From Epithemia pelagica (Eukaryota > Protista > Bacillariophyta), in NCBI GenBank assembly GCA_946965045.2, contig OX337235.1, forward strand, positions 992,001 to 1,056,000: a DNA stretch of 64,000 nt, given 5' to 3'. This document shows, one piece after another, positions 32,553 to 42,914 of the stretch (position 1 is its first letter; every line of letters begins with the position of its first letter). The notes beneath the pieces are model-generated. The model was not told where the DNA came from. It did not search any database and saw only the letters and a program-made list of their open reading frames with translations. The translations under genes were made by a program, and so were the position numbers.

Positions 32553-34152
32553 GGTGTTGTTGATGTTGTTTGTTTGATGTCTTGAAAGTGAATTGATGAT
32601 ACTGATGGCAATGATCGTTGTCGTTGCTGCTGTTATCTATATCAAGGGGAGCAAGCTCACACGTCCATCCAATCGAGTTTTGGTTTTTATGGGCTTTCCA
32701 CAACCATAGATCTTTGAGTTCAAAAGTCGGCGTAAAACGTACAACAAACATGCTGCCACCTGCGCGACCTGTGGGGGACCAGGGACTGGGACTCTTCCCG
32801 TTCGTCGTACCTTCTGGCCTTGCGGAAGGCATAAAGTTCTTGTCTTTGCATTTGCATACGCGGCAGAACGATCTTTATAAGTAGAAACAGGCTTCATGTC
32901 CTCAGAAAACCATTTCATGTATGTAGAGATTGGATTGGCTAGCAGAATTTCACGGCTGTCCGAGAAAGTACAAGCTGAGTTCAGGGAGTGTGTTCCTGAC
33001 GTAGACTCCTGTAGAATTTGTACCAGAGGAGTAATCCTGGAAAGCGTTCTGCGTTATTAGCGTCCGACTCGCGACTTCCTAGTGGCTGAAATAAATATTT
33101 TATTAACTTTAGTGTGATGTGTGATTTCTTCCGAACGCTAGATTTTCATCAAAAATTACGAAAAAACAGTCGACTGTGTTGACCATGGTGGAGGGCCACC
33201 CCATCCGTTCGAGATGTTGCCGAGCTGCATCCAGGTGCCTTAGGGTGTTATTCGACCACCACCAATGGGGCAACAGCTCAAACGGTTGGCATCATCCACA
33301 ACAACATGATCATCGGATGCACCCCACGCACGATAGTCTCGTACAAAACGAAGTTTTTCTGGGGGAACGCGAGATTGTCGAGTTTCGGAGGCACTTTGCA
33401 CAACAGAGGCATAATTATAAGGGCTATATAAACAAAGATGGCTGGCGCGTACTACGTAGATTTCCTACTGGAGCGCTACGACAGGAACATTCTGTCTGAA
33501 CTCAGCTTGTAGGAGTACGACACGGCCACTTCGCCGACACTTCAATGGGGCTGTCCGTACCAACGTCAGCCCCACGGCAGGTTCGGGGGAGAGGTTGGAC
33601 ATCCAACCGGAAAGAGAAAGGGGGCAGAACGGAAGAACCACTTTTTGGAGTTTTACACGGAACAAACACGTCCCAGCGTCTCTAGGTGACACTACAGACG
33701 TCATGGAACCAGTTTTTGTGAAGAACAAGGCGATAGGAAAATTGAGCAAATCAGGGCTGTAGGATGCATGACGTGGTGACACGTGCACAAGAACAAGAAA
33801 AACGAACACCCAACAATTTACCGATGAGTATTGGAATCAGCCAACAATACTTTGATCCGTAATGAAGGCTACGCCCGAGCGTCGTATTTCCGACGGACAG
33901 GATGCCGATCCGATGTGAGGTTCTCTTCTGATTGTGTTCTGAGTTCTTTGAGTTAAGATTTTTGACAGATGGTAAACTTGAATGAGAACATGGAATAGCA
34001 GCCGACTGTTCTCTTTTCTCTTTTGACTGAGTCGTACTCCTTCGAGGCACTTCCAAAGGTAGCATCTACTCCTATGCTTTAGCTAGAGGAAACGAAATAA
34101 CGTTTATAGATACTCCTAATCTTCGAGAGCTTGAATTGTAGCATCAAACTTT

Positions 34153-34185
34153 ATCTCATCTCATCTCATCTCATCTCATCTCATC
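34153..34185 (+). repeat. (ATCTC)6 pentanucleotide microsatellite
   Basis: Six perfect units plus a partial, read directly. Confidence 0.9.
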
Positions 34186-35893
34186 ATATCTTCAATCTGA
34201 CATCGAACACTCTCATGTTCGATCAATAGAAAGAGATGCGAAGAAACTCTATCAGCAATAAGGCTCGATCTAGGAGTATTGTCTCAAAGCATAGCTCTTT
34301 ATCTCTGTCCTTACAGGAGATACTATTCATCAGCTATGTTTCCGAGCCAATGACGTGGTATGATGTCATCCGCACAAAGCCGATGAAGAATCCATTTGGT
34401 GGAGTTCTTTTTTGCGATGGCATTGTTCTGATTTCTGTGGTGTCGTCTTCTATTCACTACAGAGAATCTGAATTCTGACTGTGCTATTCTCTTCGATTGG
34501 AATCTTCGAATCTCTTGTTCTGTTCTCTGCTCGTTGCTTGGTTTCTCGGTTCGCGTTTCTCATTCTCCGATGAAGCTTTCTTCCCCATTAAATCCGAAAA
34601 GCGCAGTTTGCAGGATTGCCCTCGGGTTCCGTTTTTTGGTCTATTCAGCAGCAAAGAATCAGAATTTACGACAATGGTCCCCAATGGATGGAACATGACG
34701 TGTCTGTTCTCACTTTTTTGAGAATGATGCAAAAACAATGGTCAGATTTTCTATGGATTTGTGGAGCCCCTTAGCTATGGAACGAACCCTCCAAACTAAC
34801 AATCATCGTTAAGAATTGCAATGAAGTTGTTTCCCGTGCCAAATGCAAGAGGCACTGTGGCTTGAAGGCGGTCGAACTGGAGATTCGTGTAGCTCCGCTG
34901 GCCACATGTCCTGCTTCTGAGAGGCATAAAATCAGCGCAGAGAGACAGCATCGATATCAAATTTTCATTTCTTTAAATTGGAGTGGGTGGCCATGGAGAG
35001 CTCCGCACTCTATTTTCTATTTTGGTACTTCTCTGTCAGAATACGTAGTAAGATTCTGGTTCAGAAATTCCAGGGACGGCCTCGCCCTTGAACAATCCAC
35101 AATGGATTCGAAGATCTGTCGGCTCGAACCTCGAACGGATCGAACTTCGAACGGGTTGATCTCTAGCGTTGAATCAATATGAGTAATGCGGACTCCTTAT
35201 AGTCGTGGAATAGTTCAGGTAGCCAGACTATTAATTTTGGAGTCTTGGCACGGTTGCTGGCGCAATGGTCGGGTTATTGGCATGGGCGGAGGACGGACGG
35301 GTATCCGTTGCGCTCGCTCCATGTACCCCCAAGCAGGGGTGAGTCCAGGTCGCACATAAGTCGTACCTAAAGGTACATTCTCTTACTCACCCCCTTGGCT
35401 CGACCACCCAAAATTGGCGATTTTACGACATTGATACAAATTGCATTTCACCTCAACGCATCCACCACGGTGCCAAACAAGTGAGGTCAATTTCATCCGC
35501 CTTGAAGGTTTTCCAACCACACCCAAGCCCCTCTAAGCTTTACCATACTACCAACGACACTTCTGCATACTTGGTGTTGCATTCAATTGTCCATCCACAA
35601 GCATGGACAACCAGGAAAACACCCCATTTCGCAACAACAACGAAAGTGAAGATCCATCGCCCTCTTCCGTAAACGGCAATCTTACATCCTTTCCGTCGTA
35701 TCCTTCTCGCCACCAATCGGAATGAGTTAGTAATATAGTAAGTGTTGTTGTTCCCAAGGCAATGATTCAAAACTGTAGGAGCCATGGCCAGTCCAGAAGA
35801 TGTGTTTGTTCGAAATGAATCTCTCGTCGTATACGAATGGCATTGTGCGAAACAATGAATCAATGATAATTTTGATGGTATACCATTAGCTTT

Positions 35894-36987
35894 CTATGAT
35901 TCGCACGAACGCCCTCGAGTGGGTCTCCATTGTGCCTTTTCTTCCGGTCGAAAGAGTATTTTGTGCGTCGAACCGTCATCCTCAAAGGTCACTGTCATGA
36001 GCAAAAATTCTTCTCTGTTTCGATCGCCCACCACCAATTCGGGATCTTCCACCACCACGCCTTGACACTATTCATACTCTTCTCTTCGTTCCAAAAGTAT
36101 TCGACCTCCGTTCCCTTCCCAAAGACAGATTTCGGTGGCAGATGCGGTCGTCCCACTTGCAAATCGCGTTGCATTTCATCTGTTTGATCGGTCAAAATAG
36201 GCCAAGGCAAACAATCGTTCATTTGCTGGTACCATGGAAAATTCATCCACCACATAGCCCTGAAAGACTTGAAGGAGGGCAGCCGTTTCTTCAGCCCCTT
36301 CTTGTTGAATATTGACATTGTTGCTGCCCGTTGCCTCCTTCCGTGAGCGATTGTTCCCAAGGGGACATGGTTTGTTGTCGCTCGTTGACCACGGCTAATT
36401 GTTGATCGACATACTCGGACAAGGCTTCCATCCTTGTCATCAGTGCTATCCAAAGAGTCTGGCAATTCCTCTGGCAACTCCTCTACCACTGCAATGACAA
36501 AAGGGACAGTTTGCTTGATTTCTCGCACGACGAATCGGTACAATCCACGACACAAGACACTTTGAGGTGAGGACGACGACAAGTCACGGGCGTACTCGGT
36601 TGGTTTGTCTTGGTCGTCGTCACTGGCGACGAGGGGGCTTCGATCGGATGGAAGAGTCGATGCTTCTGACCTGACAAGAGTGCTTGATTGTTGTTTTTGT
36701 GCCTGTCGGTTTGCCAAAGGAGTTTCATATGGGACGTTGGCACTTATGGCCTCAATACCACCAACAGTAACGGAGGGAGGAGGACGAAAGGATGCAATGC
36801 CAGAGGTTGAGGAGGAACGGGCCTTGGATGCAGGAGTGTTGTTTGTTTTGGCGATGCCTGCATCAGAACCTTCTCTTGCAGATGCCACGGACTGTCTTGA
36901 TGCAACTTGAGGTTCATAGGCTGCTCGGACTTGCTTCTGAGAAAGCTTGCGACGTTTGTGGGAAGAAGAAGACATGCTGTTGGTCAT
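35894..36987 (-). CDS. Hypothetical protein with a basic N-terminus and a probable frameshifted Tudor/Agenet-like tail
   Basis: 330-aa ORF with an NLS-like KRRK. After GTEVEYFWNEE the protein-like sequence continues in another frame (YE*CQGVVVEDP...LMTVTFEDDGSTH), implying a frameshift near 36080 and a TAG at 36070-36068. Confidence 0.45.
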
Positions 36988-37316
36988 TTGGATACCACTG
37001 CACCTCCACCACCGTGATGGATGTGTGGAGGTAAAATGAAATTTGTATCAATGTCGAGAGCGGCCAGGTCGAGCCAAGGGGGTGAGAAGGAGAATGCACA
37101 TCGTGCTTTCAGACACGCGGGACTGGACTCACCCCTGCTTGGGGGTATCGCTCCATGCTCATATTGTTCGCTGATTTGCTAAACAAAGACAGACAGGCTT
37201 CCTTCCAACGGACCTCAACGCAGAGAATTCAGCGGACCCCGTAGTGTGATGTGATTGCACAATACGCAATAGACAGATCCTTGAGAGCGAAAAAAGTTGG
37301 GAGTTGGGACACCAAG

Positions 37317-38138
37317 ATGGCAGCAATCCTGTGCAGTTCACTTGCTAGCTTATGCAAAGGTCTCGGCGAATGCCTGTCGATTCCTTGTCGCTTGTGCGGT
37401 GTTGCCTGTAATGGCTGCTGTGAGGCGACAGGCCGTCTCTTGACGTCTCCCTTTTCGCCCTACTTGATCACGACAGTGGCGTTGAATGCACCCCCGTTTG
37501 TCTGGGGCGTCCGGGCGATTTTGGAAAGCAACGGTCTACTGGAACGATGTGAAGGGGATACGTGGTTATGGATTAATGCTCTCTTGTGTCTGGGCCATGT
37601 ACTCGCAGCTTTTTACATTGTATATCGCATACAGCAGGACTTGGACCAGCATCCACCGTCCAATGGTGGAGATGCGGAACAGGGCGCTGCCACCTCAACT
37701 CCTGCAACAGCCTCGACGACCAAAGCATCTTCCAATTATCAGACCATGCACGACGACTCTCGCAACAAGAGCTCCATGTACACAGTTCTGTCTTCTATGA
37801 TGTCGTCTTCGCAGACCAAAGGATCCACTTCACAAGCTGAAGATGACGCGTTTTTGAGGAATCGCTATGAGAATGGTGACGCATATTCCTGGCAACGTCT
37901 CCAACAAGTGTTGTGTTACGATATGGTGGTTGCTGTGTACATTATTGGAGCCATTTTCTGGTTGATCTGGCAGTCGGTGGGCGTGTCACAAGCTATTCAG
38001 AATGACGGCGGACCTGGAAACGAAAACCTCTGTGACTCGATTCAACGCTGGAATGGATTTTCTATCATGTGTGGATTCATCTACTGCATGTTGGTCTGTG
38101 TTGCTTTCTCGTGTTCTCTGTTGTGCCTTCGAAGTTAA
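37317..38138 (+). CDS. Uncharacterised multi-pass membrane protein; paralogue of 25090..26370 lacking the Asn insert
   Basis: Shares the motifs listed for the 25 kb gene. Start MAAILCSS at 37317. Confidence 0.8.
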   Translation: MAAILCSSLASLCKGLGECLSIPCRLCGVACNGCCEATGRLLTSPFSPYLITTVALNAPPFVWGVRAILESNGLLERCEGDTWLWINALLCLGHVLAAFYIVYRIQQDLDQHPPSNGGDAEQGAATSTPATASTTKASSNYQTMHDDSRNKSSMYTVLSSMMSSSQTKGSTSQAEDDAFLRNRYENGDAYSWQRLQQVLCYDMVVAVYIIGAIFWLIWQSVGVSQAIQNDGGPGNENLCDSIQRWNGFSIMCGFIYCMLVCVAFSCSLLCLRS

Positions 38139-39022
38139 GCAAGCAATCCCTGTTTCGGGTTTGTGTTACATTTTCGTTCATGGCTTTGCCATTCCATACC
38201 ATTACTGTTTTAGGACAAGCACTGATAGCTTTGTAGTAGTTGACAATCCGACTCTTACGAGATTACTCCCTTAGCTATAGGAGCAATTGCCTTTATTGGC
38301 TATGTGCGCCCGCATTCGGATGGCTTTCCTCAGTGTTCCGAAATAGTGGCTCGGTAATCGCAAGCTTTACATGGGCGTACTGGGATGTCCCCGGAACTCG
38401 TTGTCGATTTTACAGAAATTGCGTGGAACGACGACGCCTCTGCATCAGAGCATGAATGCTTTCACCTGGTGGTGGACTATATGCTACTGGTGGCCTGCCT
38501 GAATCCTGAATGCCTTTTCCTACCTAATGAAAGAGCACTGCGCTTCCTCGTGGTTAGAAATGGGGCTCATCTTCAAGTCACCTACTAATACGCGGAGCTG
38601 GTAGTCATGGGAATGGAAAATTTCAAGTTTGCAATCGGCCAGATCCTGGCTGCATTCGTCATTCTACCAGGAATTGCTTTACCAACAAAGCTCCATCTCT
38701 TTGAGCCATTGCGAGTTGCACGAAGAAAGTCTTGACAAGGTCAAAGGAAAGCAAAGAAAAACCATTGTTGTCATTAACTCGGGATCTAGGAGTAGATAGT
38801 AGTGCTATTGCTATGGAGTGCCATGTGCCATTAATCATTCTATTCGCGAACTATACGCGATCCGATCTTCCGAATCCAAAAGGGGACGCAATGATACGCC
38901 CATATGGCGAAGCTCTTCTTTTAGATGTCAAAGAACGACTTGACAGAAAGCGGTCCCAAAAGCGTCAACAAACTAGGAGAGTGTTGATCGCAAACCTCTT
39001 CCGGAAATAAGAATCGCAAGCA

Positions 39023-41389
39023 ATGAAGCAAGTTGTCTACAAACAAGCCTTATTGCGTCACTGGAGGCGTCGTATTCATTCGGTTTGTTCACCATCCAAG
39101 GATCTTTTCATTCGTTCCGGCGATCGAGGTCCCCTTCATGGCATCTTGGGAACAACAAGATTTCCTTCATGTGACGACCGCCATGGCAGACGTTCATTCT
39201 CTTCTACCAGCCGAGAAAATGATTCCAACTTCTCAAAGCCATTTGACAAGGTGTTGATTGCCAATCGAGGTGAAATTGTCCAACGTGTCATTCGTACATG
39301 CCGACAAATGGACATTGACACGGTAGCTGTTTACTCCACAGCGGATGCACAAGCGCCGTTCGTACAAGAAGCCGACGAAGCGATTTGCTTGGGTCCTGCA
39401 CAGGCATCCCAATCCTATCTCAACACACCGGCCATTTTGCGTGCCGTTCAAGACACGGGTGCGCAGGCGGTTCACCCCGGATATGGGTTCCTTTCGGAAA
39501 ATGCACGATTTGCAGAGACCATTGCCAACCACAATGCTGTGTGGTTGGGACCCCCTGCTCGAGCTATTGATCAAATGGGTGATAAGCTGGCGTCCAAGAA
39601 AATTGCGGAACAAGCAGGTGTCACGACCGTGCCAGGGCACGAAGAACCGCTGGAGTCGTTGGAACAAGCATTGCAGTTGTGCCAAGATGGTGTTGTTCCT
39701 TACCCAGTACTTCTCAAGGCGGCAGCTGGTGGAGGTGGTAAAGGAATGCGCGTTTGTTTCCATGGCAACGATCTCAAAGAGGCTTGGAATGTGAGCAAGG
39801 CCGAAGCCTTGCAATTCTTTGGTGACGACCGGCTCTTGTTGGAAAAATACATTGAAAACCCACATCATATTGAATTTCAGGTCATGTGCTCACCGTCAAA
39901 TGTCGACGGTAGTCCTTCCACTGATGTTGTTGTCTTTCCAGAACGAGAATGCAGCATTCAACGACGGAACCAAAAGATCATTGAAGAGTCTCCATCCATG
40001 CTCTTGACAGATGAAACACGAAAAATCATGACAGAACAAGTGGTGCGTCTCTGTCAAGCCGTTGGGTACGAATCCGCAGGAACCTTGGAGTTCTTGGTGG
40101 ACGCACAGCAAAACTTTTACTTTTTGGAAATGAATACGCGTTTGCAAGTCGAGCATTGCGTCACGGAACAAGCAATTGGAAACGAAACAGATCGCAGAAT
40201 CGATTTGGTCAAGGCCATGTTATGGATTGGAGCTGGTTGGGGGTTTCCAGATGAGATCCAGCAAATGCGAGAGGGTCATATGATTCCGCCGACACGTCAT
40301 GCAATTGAGGCTCGTATTTATGCCGAAGATCCAACACGAGGGTTCTTGCCGTCCACTGGTCCCCTTTTGCCCTACGTCGAACCAACTCCATCTTCAACCC
40401 TTCGGGTAGATTCCGGTGTCATTTCTGGGCATGTGGTAACACCGCACTACGACCCCATGCTTAGCAAAGTCATTTCGTCGTCGGATCCTTCAGCCTATTC
40501 TACTGCAAAGTCGCGCAACGAAGCGATTGAAACAATGAAAAAAGCACTGGATGAGTACGTGATAGAAGGAGTCCAACACAATACCCGATTAATCCAAGCA
40601 GTTTTACGAAATGACGCCTTTGTGCGTGGGGATACACCGACGTCCTTCTTGCCCACACACTTCCCCGATGGATTTCAAGGGGTTGATTTGACAGTTTCCG
40701 AGAAGGAAGAAATGGCCGTGGCCGCCGTGTTGATTGACGCAACCCGTCGTTTGTTGTTGCACCAACCCCCATTGGTAGGCACTGGGCCTTCCTCGGAGAA
40801 TACTACGTGTGTGGTTGTTCGTTTAGGGGGCTTTTTCGGAGAAGCATATCGCGTCGAGCTCGTAGCTACGGGAGATAAAGGCAGTAAGACATCTGCGCAT
40901 GTGACAAAACTGGCCGATGCCTCTGAAAAGAACTCTGATATCTCCAGTCAAAGTCGATCTCTGATGGTGGACGAACCTATCTCGTTTGAACCAAGCGACT
41001 ACCTTGCACAAGTCTCTATTGACGGCATCGTACGGAGTATTCAAGTTTTGGGTGAAGACAAGACGGGAGAAATTAAGATGCAAATGTACGGTTGGGACAC
41101 CACTATCATGGTACAAAGTGTTCGTGAATATGAATTGTCGCAGTACATGAAACCACCTGCTCAAATTGACACAAGCTCCTTATTGCAAAGTCCCATGCCA
41201 GGAGCCTTGGTGAGTCTATCGGTGCAAGAGGGAGATGAAGTGGAGGACGGACAAGAGTTGTGTATCGTGGAAGCAATGAAGATGCAAAATATCCTGAAGA
41301 GCCCCAAACAGGGAACCATTTCCAAAATCAAAGTTCAAGTTGGCGACTCCTTACGGGCCGATCAAGTTATTTTGGAGTTTGCATCTTGA
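39023..41389 (+). CDS. PCCA: Propionyl-CoA carboxylase alpha subunit (biotin carboxylase + biotinyl domain), mitochondrial
   Basis: KVLIANRGEI, HPGYGFLSEN, GGGGKGMR, ERECSIQRRNQK (NQK is PCC-type; MCC has HQK), EMNTRLQVEH and the biotin site EAMKMQN. Arg-rich presequence. Confidence 0.88.
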   Translation: MKQVVYKQALLRHWRRRIHSVCSPSKDLFIRSGDRGPLHGILGTTRFPSCDDRHGRRSFSSTSRENDSNFSKPFDKVLIANRGEIVQRVIRTCRQMDIDTVAVYSTADAQAPFVQEADEAICLGPAQASQSYLNTPAILRAVQDTGAQAVHPGYGFLSENARFAETIANHNAVWLGPPARAIDQMGDKLASKKIAEQAGVTTVPGHEEPLESLEQALQLCQDGVVPYPVLLKAAAGGGGKGMRVCFHGNDLKEAWNVSKAEALQFFGDDRLLLEKYIENPHHIEFQVMCSPSNVDGSPSTDVVVFPERECSIQRRNQKIIEESPSMLLTDETRKIMTEQVVRLCQAVGYESAGTLEFLVDAQQNFYFLEMNTRLQVEHCVTEQAIGNETDRRIDLVKAMLWIGAGWGFPDEIQQMREGHMIPPTRHAIEARIYAEDPTRGFLPSTGPLLPYVEPTPSSTLRVDSGVISGHVVTPHYDPMLSKVISSSDPSAYSTAKSRNEAIETMKKALDEYVIEGVQHNTRLIQAVLRNDAFVRGDTPTSFLPTHFPDGFQGVDLTVSEKEEMAVAAVLIDATRRLLLHQPPLVGTGPSSENTTCVVVRLGGFFGEAYRVELVATGDKGSKTSAHVTKLADASEKNSDISSQSRSLMVDEPISFEPSDYLAQVSIDGIVRSIQVLGEDKTGEIKMQMYGWDTTIMVQSVREYELSQYMKPPAQIDTSSLLQSPMPGALVSLSVQEGDEVEDGQELCIVEAMKMQNILKSPKQGTISKIKVQVGDSLRADQVILEFAS

Positions 41390-41971
41390 GCAGTGGTAGA
41401 TTTGTATGTCTTAGCGGCATATCCGTAAGCTGTGTCCAATATGGAGGACCTTGTTCGTTGTTCACTGTCCACCCAGAGCACGTAATCGTGCTTGTCTTCG
41501 TAGACAAGCTAGAGTTGACCTATCCACATAGCTTACGACGAACTACCCAACAGATTACTTCCTTTTCTCCTTACCAGTTTGCTCTAACTCGAACCTCTAA
41601 CTGCTACTCGTATTATGATGTGATGTAGTTGGCGTTTTATTATTGGGGCTTTTGCGAAAAATCGGAAATCGGAACTTGTTTGTAAGCAGTCATCCCAGTC
41701 ATCTTTTTCTACGTTAAATAATTCGTAATTTCAAAACTCCGGCAGATGCGCAAAGACACAGACAGCAGACAGACGTCGAGAGTCGAGAGAGAACGGTATT
41801 GGTTATTGGCCATTGTGCTCGCCATCATCATCATCTTTTCGTACGCGTACATCGTACCAGCTAGAGCCTCTGTTCAAACTTTGCGCCATCATCTGTCGGT
41901 CAGTCTAAGGAACGTGACGACAGGTCGATACGAACTACTGAAAACATTATCATTTTCCTGCGTTGACCGCC

Positions 41972-42560
41972 ATGAAGAGGATCATGCGAAATTCCAAGAA
42001 TTCGTTGTTTGGGAACAAAAATCCAGAGGAACAACCGGTCCACGCGGAGGCGAAACCAATTGAAGGTGTTACGAGCGAAACGCAAGAGACAGAGCTCGCT
42101 CCGATTGTCGAAGAATCAGGCCTGACAGAACGAGACGTGTACGACTTTGTAAAGGCATACGCACATGACTTCTCACAGGCCGCGGCCACTGCCAAAGACA
42201 ACTCGCCGGAATGGAACGAGTTCTTGGCAAAGTACTTTGCCCCAGGTTTCTTGTTTGTGAATGAAACCATGTGGAAGCGCCATTGAGTTGTCTGTTTTCC
42301 GGAAAATGTTTGAAGAGACAATGGAAAGCTACCAACTCTCCATAGTCAGCGTTGTCAGCATCAAAATATATGCGCCACTTGCCGCCTCGATTGTGTTCAG
42401 AGCGGGTATGGAATTCATGTACAAAGGAAACCTCGAAGAAGACTATGCAACAATAACAATGGTCATCACATTGCATGAGGGACAACCGAAAATTTCTAAT
42501 CTTCATCGGTCAATCAGTCTCAACGTCAATGATCTCCATCGAAAGACAGAAGAGAAATGA
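41972..42560 (+). pseudogene. NTF2/SnoaL-like fold protein (DUF3804-like), frameshifted by a 4-nt duplication
   Basis: Removing one TGAA (42258-42265) joins two ORFs into 195 codons: ...YFAPGFLFVKPCGSAI...FMYKGNLEEDYATITMV...PKISNLHRS, the pattern of small NTF2-like proteins. Confidence 0.55.
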
Positions 42561-42592
42561 AACTGTTGAGCCCACCAGCGAGGGTTTGTACA

Positions 42593-42639
42593 TACAAGGG
42601 CGTCGATGAAATCTTGCCCGTACAAGGGCGTCGATGAAA
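42593..42639 (+). repeat. 19-bp direct repeat (two copies, 9-nt spacer)
   Basis: TACAAGGGCGTCGATGAAA at 42593-42611 and 42621-42639. Confidence 0.9.
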
Positions 42640-42914
42640 GCTATTCCCACCCAATGATGGTTTTCAAGTAAAAGTGTTCCATCACGTACAAGGTGTAGAG
42701 TGACACGTCAACAACCAAGTCTAACAAGAAGGCACAATAATTTCTCTCTCATGGAGGACGAGACTATAGCTAATCGTCCATCTTTACAGAAGCTTTAGTT
42801 CTTGGTTCAACTGGTGTGCACGAAATTGATCAAAATGATGAGTTTTCTTGCAACCCCCTCGAATCATACATGTGGATTTACTCCAACGATCCAGTACGTT
42901 AGAGGTTTTAGATC

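Noticed and set aside
31635-32585. Long antisense or alternate-frame ORFs (also 883..1521, 9147..9635, 25222..25800, 46735..47640)
   Set aside because: They overlap well-supported genes on the opposite strand and have no motifs; they are shadow ORFs.
35105-35160. TCGAAC-rich 16-bp tandem as a heat-shock element or tRNA fragment
   Set aside because: No cloverleaf or A/B boxes, and too short to exceed chance.
35540-35863. SET-domain-like fragment (LNHC...LVARRIRRKGCKIAVYG)
   Set aside because: The resemblance is short, other frames look equally protein-like, and no N-terminal SET motifs were found.
38286-38800. Stop-interrupted plus-strand frame (…VVDFTEIAWNDD…)
   Set aside because: Possibly a pseudogene, but there is no motif or paralogue to anchor it.
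39023-41389. Methylcrotonyl-CoA or acetyl-CoA carboxylase
   Set aside because: RECSIQRRNQK and AMKMQN favour PCC alpha, and it lacks the carboxyltransferase domains of multidomain ACC.
42593-42639. CRISPR-like repeat-spacer
   Set aside because: Only two 19-bp copies with a 9-nt spacer, no cas genes, and a eukaryotic context.
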